Source: Pyrinomonadaceae bacterium
Lineage (GTDB): Bacteria; Acidobacteriota; Blastocatellia; Pyrinomonadales; Pyrinomonadaceae
Length of the DNA stretch: 24,000 nucleotides
Direction: 5' to 3'
Assembly (NCBI GenBank): GCA_041746175.1
Contig: JBGTHJ010000042.1
Span: forward strand, 404 to 24,403
The notes under the pieces were generated by a model that was not told the origin of the DNA, searched no databases, and was given only the letters and a program-made list of their open reading frames with translations. The first letter of the stretch is position 1; each line of letters opens with the position of its first letter. The position numbers were made by a program, and so were the translations under genes. Shown piece after piece: positions 15,466-22,961 of the stretch.

Positions 15466-15816
15466 AAGTCACCGCGAAACCTGTAGATTTCTGTAATGAG
15501 GTGGGTAAATCGGAGCGGCGGCGTTCGCTACTTTGAACGCCCATCCGGATTCGTCGGACACATCGAATATAGCACGAAGCCCGACGATGCCAAACAACTT
15601 TTTACGCGATTCGAGGCCGTCATCTACGACGCTGAAAACGACGTTCTAAGCCCGCAAAGTTGGACGCAAGAGCGGCGACTTTTGGCTGAAATTATTTATG
15701 ATGAGAAAGGCGGAAACAATCGTCGAGGGTTCAAATGCGTGGAGCGTGAAAAGTGTCGGCCAAAACTCTCGCCGCAAGCAAAGTTTGGCCGTCTTTTTGA
15801 ACGAGCGATAAAAGAG

Positions 15817-15856
15817 AAGTCGTCAACCCGCGTTGAGCAACGCGGGTTGACGACTT
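15817..15856 (-). terminator. Rho-independent terminator downstream of the 53-codon ORF
   Basis: 18-bp perfect stem (15817-15834 pairs with 15839-15856: aagtcgtcaacccgcgtt / aacgcgggttgacgactt) and a 4-nt loop. On the minus strand it is followed by CTCTTTTATC. It starts 19 nt after the small ORF stop. Confidence 0.8.
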
Positions 15857-15875
15857 GGTTTGACGGCAAATGGTC

Positions 15876-16037
15876 TCAATCCTGTTTACGACGCGAGGAA
15901 TCATCGGTGGCTTGCTTGTCATCCCCGGTCTTGCCGGGCGTTCTACCGGGGCTTTTGGTCATCTCTTTTTCGCCGCCGGGTGCGGTCGTGCTGCTGTGGC
16001 CGATGTCTTGGTCGTCGCGTGGTTTTGTCTCTGCCAT
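15876..16037 (-). CDS. Small hydrophilic, probably disordered protein (53 aa), not in the supplied ORF track
   Basis: My own translation of the minus strand gives MAETKPRDDQDIGHSSTTAPGGEKEMTKSPGRTPGKTGDDKQATDDSSRRKQD, then TGA at 15876-15878. GGAG lies 8 nt upstream of the ATG (caaaGGAGcaaacaacATG). A strong terminator follows. Same strand as the SRPBCC gene and 89 nt downstream of it. Confidence 0.6.
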   Translation of the reverse strand: MAETKPRDDQDIGHSSTTAPGGEKEMTKSPGRTPGKTGDDKQATDDSSRRKQD

Positions 16038-16126
16038 GTTGTTTGCTCCTTTGAAACTCTGAAGCGACGGGCGGTCAAGGACGATTAGCCTTCCTCGACC
16101 GCCAGAAGCTCGATGCTCGTGGTTGT

Positions 16127-16933
16127 TTATTTTCTGGAGGCGGCGGCAGCGCGTCCGGAACTCTGTCCCTCGGTGGTCGCGATGACGCCGGTTTCCATCT
16201 CTTGTTTGAAGCGGCGCAAATCCTCTTGAATCTGTCCGGCGGGTTCTTCGCCGAACATCTTGGCGACGGCGGCGCCGAGCGCTCCCCCCGGCGGATCATA
16301 CTTGAGCGAGACCTTGACCTCTGTGCCGCGACCGCCCGTCGCGGGCTGGAAGCGCACCGACCCGGCGTTGTCCACGTCCGCGCCTTCGAGCGAACGCCAC
16401 GCGATGAGTTCATTCTCTTTCTCGTTGAAGATTTCGGCATCCCACTCGACGGTTGTTCCGGCGGGCGCTTTCGCAACCCAGTGCGAGCGGTTACCGCCCT
16501 CCGTGGTTGTCACAGCTTCCAGATGGTTCATGATACGCGGGAGGTTCTCGAAGTTGCGCCAGTAGCGAAAGAGTTCTTCGGGTGAGCGGTTGATCGTCAC
16601 GCTCTTTTCAACCTTGATGCCGCGTTCGCCGCGCACGCTGACGTTCTCGCTATTACGCAACCCATCGTCTCCGGTGTTGTAACCCAACGCTTCGTAGACG
16701 TTACAGTGTCCGCTCGCGCCGCGATAAACCAAAGTTCCGCCGACCAGCGCCAGCGCGACGCCGCCGACCGTGCCACGCGTCACACCGTAGAGCGCGAGCG
16801 CACCGCCCGCGATTGCTGACATCCACCGTTCACGCTGCCCGACATTGACCGATCCTGACGGCGTACCCGACTCGCTCGCGTCGCGTCGCGTCGTCTCCAT
16901 CGTCGTGTTCAGTGATTCTTCCCTCGATGACAT
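16127..16933 (-). CDS. DUF2892 (YgaP-like membrane hairpin) fused to an SRPBCC (cyclase/dehydrase, START-like) domain
   Basis: N-terminal GQRERWMSAIAGGALALYGVTRGTVGGVALALVGGTLVYRGASGHCNVYEALG matches the DUF2892 pattern. The remainder, IKVEKSVTINRSPEELFRYWRNFENLPRIMNHLEAV...WVAKAPAGTTVEWDAEIFNEKENELIAWRS, is polyketide_cyc2/SRPBCC-like. AAGGGGGA RBS 7 nt upstream of the ATG. Confidence 0.85.
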   Translation of the reverse strand: MSSREESLNTTMETTRRDASESGTPSGSVNVGQRERWMSAIAGGALALYGVTRGTVGGVALALVGGTLVYRGASGHCNVYEALGYNTGDDGLRNSENVSVRGERGIKVEKSVTINRSPEELFRYWRNFENLPRIMNHLEAVTTTEGGNRSHWVAKAPAGTTVEWDAEIFNEKENELIAWRSLEGADVDNAGSVRFQPATGGRGTEVKVSLKYDPPGGALGAAVAKMFGEEPAGQIQEDLRRFKQEMETGVIATTEGQSSGRAAAASRK

Positions 16934-17236
16934 ATTCTATCCCCCTTATGATAATCCGTTTTCCGAACACCGTAGCGGCGAACTGTGTCGTCGCCTGTCC
17001 GAAAACAGCTCGTTAGTGATGTTGTTATTGAATATAGACTCAATAACCGTGCCGACGGTCTGGAGACGAGAAGGATGAACAGCAGACAAAGCAGTCGGAG
17101 TATCGATACCTTGACGCTCGCACAAGTCGCGGGTCGATAAGGACGCATAAGAACTACGAGGAAATATTTATCAGCGGCGTGATTAAAGATTGGCTGACGG
17201 AAAAATTAGAGGATGAGGAAGTTTTGTTTTGATAAA

Positions 17237-17314
<78 letters not shown>

Positions 17315-17360
17315 CGCAAATCAAACAACGAACGCATTCTATGTGCGCCGCACCCACATG

Positions 17361-18038
17361 TCAAACCTGCACGTCTCCGGCACGCTGACGAGCACGCGCT
17401 TTCTCGCGTCGCGCTTTCAAAAATTCGTACAGCGGAGGCATCAGCGACAACGCGACGACCACGATCACGACCTTCTCGATGTGCTCGTCGAGTTTGATGC
17501 CGAACGCGCTTTCGACGATGCTGCCGAGGAAGTAGCCCGACAAAATCATGCTGAAGACCCAGAGGAATCCGCCCACGATGTTGAAGACGACGAACTGACG
17601 GTAAGGCATTTGCGCCGCCCCCGCGACGATCGGCGCAAACGTCCGCACGATGGGGACGAAGCGCGCGATGATGATGGTCTTGCCGCCGTATTTATCGTAA
17701 AACGCCTGTGCCTTTTCCAGATGACTCGGACGAAACAGTATCGACTTTTGCCGTGTGAACAGACGCGGCCCCAGTTTCGCTCCTGACAAGTAGCCGACCG
17801 CGTCGCCCACCACCGCCGCGACAAACAACGTGCTCAAGAGTATGAAGACGTTCAGATCGCCCTTGGCCGCAAACAACCCCGCGACGACGAGCAGCGAGTC
17901 TCCCGGCAGGAAGAAACCCATCGCCAACCCCGTCTCCGCAAAGACCACCGCGATTAGTACCAGATAGCCCGCCGCCGCAATCGTTCGCGGGTCGAGATAG
18001 CTTTTGATCTGATGCAAGATTTCTAAAATTGATTCCAT
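17361..18038 (-). CDS. dedA: DedA family inner-membrane protein
   Basis: DedA signature VFAETGLAMGFFLPGDSLLVVAGLFAAKGDLN and GGKTIIIARFVPIVRTFAPIVAGAAQMPYRQF. Multiple TM segments. 225 aa. Confidence 0.9.
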   Translation of the reverse strand: MESILEILHQIKSYLDPRTIAAAGYLVLIAVVFAETGLAMGFFLPGDSLLVVAGLFAAKGDLNVFILLSTLFVAAVVGDAVGYLSGAKLGPRLFTRQKSILFRPSHLEKAQAFYDKYGGKTIIIARFVPIVRTFAPIVAGAAQMPYRQFVVFNIVGGFLWVFSMILSGYFLGSIVESAFGIKLDEHIEKVVIVVVALSLMPPLYEFLKARREKARARQRAGDVQV

Positions 18039-18058
18039 CGTTTAATCCCACAGTCCAG

Positions 18059-18124
18059 AAGTCCGGGGTTGAAATTCCAAAGTCAAAACCTATCGGTTAA
18101 CTTTGAATATTCAACCCCGGACTT
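18059..18124. other. Long imperfect hairpin between the pcm stop and the dedA start (possible terminator or leader structure)
   Basis: 15-bp perfect outer stem: aagtccggggttgaa (18059-18073) with ttcaaccccggactt (18110-18124). Inner stems of 4 bp and 5 bp around a 16-nt loop. It begins 5 nt after the pcm stop and ends 20 nt before the dedA ATG. The T-run (TTTTT, 18123-18127) is on the plus strand, where there is no upstream gene. Confidence 0.5.
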
Positions 18125-18129
18125 TTTGG

Positions 18130-18843
18130 CTACTGTTCATTGCTCCAACCGTACCGACCGATGAGCGGGACGAACGCGCAGCCGCCATGATCTTCGTATT
18201 CATAACCGCGTTCGGTGCGCACGGCGCGCACGAGCCGCTGCGATGCGCGGGTCGTGCCGACCGGCACGACCAATCGCCCGCCGACTTTCAACTGCGCGAG
18301 CAACGGCTCGGGCACTTCGGGGCCGCCCGCCGCGACGAGCATCGCGTCGTAGGGGGCGTGCGCGCTCCAACCGAGCGTGCCGTCGAAACATTTGACCGTC
18401 GCGTTGTAGATGCCGAGGCTGCGGATACGCGCCTGCGCTTCGCGCGCCAGTTCGGCGATGCGTTCGAGCGAGTAAACCTGCGCGGCGAGTCGCGACAGCA
18501 CGGCGGTTTGGTATCCCGAACCCGCGCCGATTTCGAGCACGCGGGCGCGGTCGTCGAGTTCGAGCAACTCGCTCATGCGCGCGACGATGTAGGGCTGCGA
18601 GATGGTTTGGTTGGCGGCAATCGGGAGCGCGTTGTCGTCGTAAGCGCGGCCCTGCAAAGCTTCGGGAACGAACAGGTGGCGCGGCACCTCGCTCATCACG
18701 GCGAGCACGTGCGCGTCGCGGATACCGTAATGGTCGCGGAGGCGTTCGACCATTTTTTCGCGCGGCGTGCGACGCCCGGCAGCAGAAGAGCCGCGCGGCG
18801 ACTGTGTGGCGGGACTCAAGCGTTGTTCTTCTTTCAATGGCAA
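18130..18843 (-). CDS. pcm: Protein-L-isoaspartate O-methyltransferase
   Basis: TISQPYIVARMSELLEL, the SAM-binding VLEIGAGSGYQTAVLS, and GGRLVVPVG. The start is ambiguous. TTG at 18843 is the longest option and adds a low-complexity 30-aa N-terminus. ATG at 18753 (MVERLRDHYGIRD...) gives a canonical 207-aa Pcm. Confidence 0.9.
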   Translation of the reverse strand: MPLKEEQRLSPATQSPRGSSAAGRRTPREKMVERLRDHYGIRDAHVLAVMSEVPRHLFVPEALQGRAYDDNALPIAANQTISQPYIVARMSELLELDDRARVLEIGAGSGYQTAVLSRLAAQVYSLERIAELAREAQARIRSLGIYNATVKCFDGTLGWSAHAPYDAMLVAAGGPEVPEPLLAQLKVGGRLVVPVGTTRASQRLVRAVRTERGYEYEDHGGCAFVPLIGRYGWSNEQ

Positions 18844-18882
18844 GTGTGAACAGAATACCGGAGGGGGGAATGTGCGCCGCCC

Positions 18883-19677
18883 TCAGGGGCGTCCGACCGA
18901 CTGGTCTTCGTCTTCGCGGACGACCTCGTCCGGGCGGATGACGTTCCACGCATCGAGCGCCATCAGCGCGCTGTGATTCGTCATATCGCTGCGCATCGGC
19001 GTGACCGAAATATAGCCCTCTTCTATCGCGGTGTAATCCGTGCCGTCTTCGTGCTTCGAGGTGTAGACCTCTTCGCCGATCCAGTAATAAGCCTTGCCGC
19101 GCGGGTCGATGTGTTCGCTGATGATCGGGCGCGCGTGTTTGATGCCTTGCCGCGTGATCCGCACGCCGTTGATCGTCTCGCGCGGGACGTTGATGTTGAG
19201 CAGAGTCCCTTCCGGCAACCCCTCTTCGAGAACCTTGCGCACCGCAACGACGGCGAAGCGCGCCGCCGCTGTAAAATCGAAACGCTCGCGCGCGACGAGG
19301 CTGATGGCGATGCCCGGCACGCCGAGAATCGTCGCTTCGAGCGCGCCCGCAACCGTGCCCGAATAGCTCGCGTCGTCGCCGAGATTCGCGCCGTAGTTGA
19401 TGCCCGACACGCAAATATCGGGGCGTTGGTCTTCGGTGAGAATACGGTTGAGGGCGAGCGTCACGCAGTCGGTCGGCGTGCCGTCCACCGTCCAATGGCG
19501 TTCGTCGACGCGCCGGATGCGGAGCGGGCGCGCGAGCGTCAGACTGTGCGAAGCTCCGCTCATCTCCGAAGCGGGGGCGACCGTGTAAACATCGCCCACC
19601 TCGCGCAATGCTTCTTCCAGTTTGCTCAGACCGTCGGAATGAATGCCGTCGTCGTTGGTTAAAAGGATACGTGTCAT
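18883..19677 (-). CDS. surE: 5'/3'-nucleotidase SurE
   Basis: MTRILLTNDDGIHSDGL N-terminus, SGINYGANLGDDASYSGTVAGALEA. Conserved surE-pcm adjacency. ATG at 19677 preferred over the TTG at 19683 used by the track. Confidence 0.92.
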   Translation of the reverse strand: MTRILLTNDDGIHSDGLSKLEEALREVGDVYTVAPASEMSGASHSLTLARPLRIRRVDERHWTVDGTPTDCVTLALNRILTEDQRPDICVSGINYGANLGDDASYSGTVAGALEATILGVPGIAISLVARERFDFTAAARFAVVAVRKVLEEGLPEGTLLNINVPRETINGVRITRQGIKHARPIISEHIDPRGKAYYWIGEEVYTSKHEDGTDYTAIEEGYISVTPMRSDMTNHSALMALDAWNVIRPDEVVREDEDQSVGRP

Positions 19678-19827
19678 AATCAAAAACCGCGTTGCATTAC
19701 ACCTTAAAGCGCCGGATTATTCAAGCGCCGCTTTCTCGCTTCGACGCGCCGCCGCTACGCACGAAAGCCCCACGACTCGAACAGGGTTCGCGGGGCTTTC
19801 GCTCAATTCAGCAGTCGAGCCGTGGAA

Positions 19828-21867
19828 CTATGCGTCGAGCGCGGTTTCCTTGTTGCGACTCAAACCTTTGATCTGCACCGGCGTGTTCTTCTCGACATCG
19901 CCGCCCAGTTTCTTCTTCAAGACCATCTCCTGATAAAGCTTGCGCATCATCGCCGCCTCTTCCGCAGCCGTCTTCGGACCGGCCATTTCGGGACGGTTCG
20001 GACGCGCGAGGTCGGTATCGTTCAGATTGAGACTGACCGGCGCGGCGAAAGCCATTTCGACATCCTTGCCCTTGGCAAATATTTCGTGACGGCCATTCTC
20101 TTTGTACCACTTGGCGACGGTCGCATTCTGGTGCATCTGTTCGATGATGTTACGCCAGCCGATGCCGGTGTTGTAAGCGCAGAAGGAGATCTCACCCTCC
20201 TGTGTGCCGTAGGGGATGATGCACATTTCCGTGCGGCGAAAGTCGTAGTTGAAGAGGTCTTGGAACCACATGCCCGCGATGAAGAGGAAGTTCCAACGGT
20301 CTGAGCGACGCTTCTTGATGTCCTGTTCCGTGCGGTCGCCCTCGACCTTGCCGTACGACTTGCCGGTCAAACCGAACGACTTGTCGAACTTCTTGAACAA
20401 CTCCCACAGCGTGAACTGCGACGGCGAGTTGTACGGGTTGTAATGCTTCAGAAGCGTCAGTCCCATCATCAAGTTCGACGACCACTTGCCGCGTCCCGCA
20501 TCCGTAATCTTCTGCATGTCTTTGACGAGTCCCGGAATGTTCAAAAACTCCGGCACGGGTCGCATCTCTTTCGTTTCCTTGTCGATCATCACCGCCGTGC
20601 CGACGCCGCAATTCGGGTGGCAGCCGCAGGAGACCTGTCCCCACTCGGCATCGGGACCGTGCGCGAGGTCGGCGAAATCGGCGAACGCGCCCATCAGCGA
20701 GAGCGGGAACCAATCGCGCGTCGGCTCGGTGATGCCGACTTGCGACTTCACGTCGTTCGCCAGATGCGACAGGGTGTAGCGCTGCGCCATGCGGCGCTCG
20801 TCGGTAATCTCTTCGTCGCGTCCGGTGAACGAGACGGGCTGGAACGAGATGAACGCGATCTTCTTCGGATTCTCAAGCGCGAAGCGAATCACCGAACCGA
20901 CCTGATCGTTGTTGATGTTGTTGACCAGCGTCGTGACGAGCACGATTTCGACGCCCGCTTCATGCAGATTGTCGATGGCGCGCAGCTTCACGTCGAACAG
21001 GTTGCCGACCTGTCGGTGGCTGTTGGCATCGTTGCCGATGCCGTCGAACTGAAGATAAGCGTAACGCAGACCGGCTTCCGCCGACTCGCGGCAGAACTCT
21101 TTGCTCTTGGCGAACTCGATGCCGTTTGTGGCGCACTGGACGGAGTTGTAACCGACCTTGCGCGAATAGCGAATCGAGTCGAGGAAGTACGGCGAGATGG
21201 TCGGCTCGCCGCCGGAGAACTGCACCGACATCTGGCGACGCGGCTTGATCGAGATGGCCTTGTCGAGGATGTCTGTGATCTCTTCGTAGCTCAACTCGTG
21301 GACGAAGCCGACCTGATTGGCATCCATAAAGCACGGGTCGCACATCATGTTGCAACGATTGGTCAGGTCGATCGTCAAGACCGAACCGCGCCCGTACTTG
21401 ATCGTGCTCGAACCGTGATTGTGCAGTTTCTCATCGTTGTGCGCCTGGATGTCGCGACCGGGAAACATCGACTCGATGTGCTTCAAAAATGTCGAGTCGA
21501 TCGCCATGATGTCTTCAAAGTGGCCGTGCACGGGGCAATCTTTAATCATCCAGACTTCGCCGTCGCGCTCGATGATGGTCGCCTTGATTTCGCCGACCTT
21601 CTCGTTGATCAAAATCGACGGGTCGATCACCTCCGCGCTCAAAATCTTCTGGCGGGCTTCGATCACGCACTTCGGGCACAGCGAATCGGTCGTGCGGGGA
21701 AAGCCGAGCGGCGGCTTCGACTTCTGATAAGACTTGAGCATCGGCTTGTCAGACCACTTCGGCGTAAACGCTTCGTTGGGTCGATACTTGTTGAAAAACT
21801 GGATCGTATTGAATACGCCGCCCGCGAAGGCGGTCAAACCTCGCTCCACATGCTTGATGGGTTTCAT
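19828..21867 (-). CDS. Large multi-cluster radical SAM enzyme, probable MJ0619 / Tes / GDGT-MAS-like family
   Basis: CxxxCxxC as CNMMCDPC (21331-21354). N-terminal Cys knuckles TDSLCPKC ... KDCPVHGH. Later SCGCHPNCG and MCIIPYGTQEGEISFCAYNTG. Motif strings ISFQPVSFTGR and MWFQDLFNYDFRR. Start chosen at MKPIKHVERG (21867), with GAAGGA 7 nt upstream. Radical SAM membership is secure; the subfamily assignment is from memory of motif blocks. Confidence 0.85.
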   Translation of the reverse strand: MKPIKHVERGLTAFAGGVFNTIQFFNKYRPNEAFTPKWSDKPMLKSYQKSKPPLGFPRTTDSLCPKCVIEARQKILSAEVIDPSILINEKVGEIKATIIERDGEVWMIKDCPVHGHFEDIMAIDSTFLKHIESMFPGRDIQAHNDEKLHNHGSSTIKYGRGSVLTIDLTNRCNMMCDPCFMDANQVGFVHELSYEEITDILDKAISIKPRRQMSVQFSGGEPTISPYFLDSIRYSRKVGYNSVQCATNGIEFAKSKEFCRESAEAGLRYAYLQFDGIGNDANSHRQVGNLFDVKLRAIDNLHEAGVEIVLVTTLVNNINNDQVGSVIRFALENPKKIAFISFQPVSFTGRDEEITDERRMAQRYTLSHLANDVKSQVGITEPTRDWFPLSLMGAFADFADLAHGPDAEWGQVSCGCHPNCGVGTAVMIDKETKEMRPVPEFLNIPGLVKDMQKITDAGRGKWSSNLMMGLTLLKHYNPYNSPSQFTLWELFKKFDKSFGLTGKSYGKVEGDRTEQDIKKRRSDRWNFLFIAGMWFQDLFNYDFRRTEMCIIPYGTQEGEISFCAYNTGIGWRNIIEQMHQNATVAKWYKENGRHEIFAKGKDVEMAFAAPVSLNLNDTDLARPNRPEMAGPKTAAEEAAMMRKLYQEMVLKKKLGGDVEKNTPVQIKGLSRNKETALDA

Positions 21868-22172
21868 TCTTGTTCCTTCTCTACTTTTAAAATTGCCCGG
21901 GCACGAACAGCCGCCCGTGATGATGGGTTGGCTAAATAAAATTTTGGCCGTGTAATTCAACTGCAATGACCATGCCATCCCACCCGTAAATATCTAAACG
22001 GATAAATATAACGACTTAGCTCAAACACACGACCAGCGCACAGTTTCCAAAATAAAGCCTGGCGGGTCAAATGAGCTCGACTCACAGGCATCCCGTCCTC
22101 GCGTAGCCTTTTGACTCGGAAGCTATCATAAGCCCCGGCATGTGTGGCGGTTTTGACACCCGGCCAGAAAAT

Positions 22173-22961
22173 TCACCGGGTTTTACTGCGGATTATCTGA
22201 AGAACTTCGTCGAGCAGGACGGCGTTAGTGGCGATTCCGTTGCCGCCGCGAATGGTTTTGTGGCCGCGCCAATCGGTGAAGGTGCCGCCCGCTTCTTCGA
22301 GGATCGGCGGAAAAGGCGCGCAATCCCAGACGTTCAAAACCGGGTCGACCATGATTTCGGCGCGCCCGGTGGCGACGAGCGCATAGCCGTAGCAGTCGCC
22401 CCACGTGCGTCGCGCGTGGGCGCGACGCTGGAGTTCGTCCGCCGCCTCTCCGAATCCGTAGTTCGCGCACGTCCCGAAGTCGGTGGCTAAGAGCAGGGCT
22501 TCATCGAGCCGCGCGGTTTGGGAGACGCGTGCGCGCTCGCCGTTCCAGAAGCAGCCCAGCCCGCGCGCGGCGTAGACAATCTCGTCGAGCGCGGGAAAGT
22601 TCATCACGCCCGCGACCGATTCGCCGTCGATTTCCAGCCCGATGAGGACTCCGTAGAATGGGACGCCGTGAACGAAGGCGAAGGTTCCGTCAATCGGGTC
22701 GACGATCCACCGCCTGCCGGACGTGCCTTCACGCACGCCGTCTTCTTCGCCATGAATGGCATCTTCGGGGAAGCGTGACGCAATCTCGCGGCGGATAAAG
22801 GCTTCGGCTTCGCGGTCAGCGACGGTGACGAACGAGCCGTCGGGTTTGTGCTCGGGCGCGAACTTCCGGCGGAAGTAGCGCAGTGTTATCTCGCCCGCGC
22901 CGCGCGCCAGTTCGAGGGAGAAGTCGAGAAGCTTTTGCAGTTCGCTTTCTTCGATGTTCAT
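22173..22961 (-). CDS. hisN: Inositol-monophosphatase-family phosphatase, probable histidinol-phosphate phosphatase
   Basis: IMPase motifs [24 protein letters not shown] and [20 protein letters not shown]. The start overlaps the hisIE stop in an ATGA (22958-22961), which ties it to the his operon. Confidence 0.8.
   Translation of the reverse strand: MNIEESELQKLLDFSLELARGAGEITLRYFRRKFAPEHKPDGSFVTVADREAEAFIRREIASRFPEDAIHGEEDGVREGTSGRRWIVDPIDGTFAFVHGVPFYGVLIGLEIDGESVAGVMNFPALDEIVYAARGLGCFWNGERARVSQTARLDEALLLATDFGTCANYGFGEAADELQRRAHARRTWGDCYGYALVATGRAEIMVDPVLNVWDCAPFPPILEEAGGTFTDWRGHKTIRGGNGIATNAVLLDEVLQIIRSKTR

Noticed and set aside
15496-16062. A 188-aa plus-strand ORF, considered as a real gene.
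   Set aside because: It reads through an 18-bp terminator hairpin and runs antisense over a small ORF that has proper SD and terminator signals. Its distal half is hydrophobic nonsense, and its codon third positions lack the GC bias of the secure genes. The first ~110 codons could still be a gene remnant (see the finding at 15466-15816).
18200-19495. A 431-aa minus-strand ORF spanning both surE and pcm in another frame. The plus-strand ORFs at 18103-18849 and 18973-19662 were considered with it.
   Set aside because: The product is extremely Arg/Pro/Ala-rich and crosses the boundary of two strongly recognisable genes (SurE, Pcm). The alternative frames are artefacts of GC richness.
19762-19801. 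A hairpin (10-bp stem cgaaagcccc/ggggctttcg, 20-nt loop) after the radical SAM stop, considered as its terminator.
   Set aside because: The loop is large and no U-tract follows on the gene strand. The structure is real, but its function as a terminator cannot be supported from sequence alone.
19828-21867. The somewhat lower GC of the radical SAM gene as evidence of horizontal transfer.
   Set aside because: The lower GC tracks its amino-acid composition (many K, N, F, I, M). Third codon positions remain G/C-biased as in the neighbouring genes, so there is no compositional support for recent transfer.
21893-21902. A 10-bp palindrome tgcccgggca, plus two TAAATAT direct repeats (21987-21993 and 22003-22009), upstream of the radical SAM gene, considered as operators.
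   Set aside because: They are too short to distinguish from chance in a 300-nt spacer. They are noted only as places to look if the gene's regulation is studied.
20443-21939. A 498-aa plus-strand ORF antisense to the radical SAM gene.
   Set aside because: It has the same antisense frame relationship as above and a low-complexity R/D/L/A-rich product. The opposite strand carries an unambiguous CxxxCxxC radical SAM protein.
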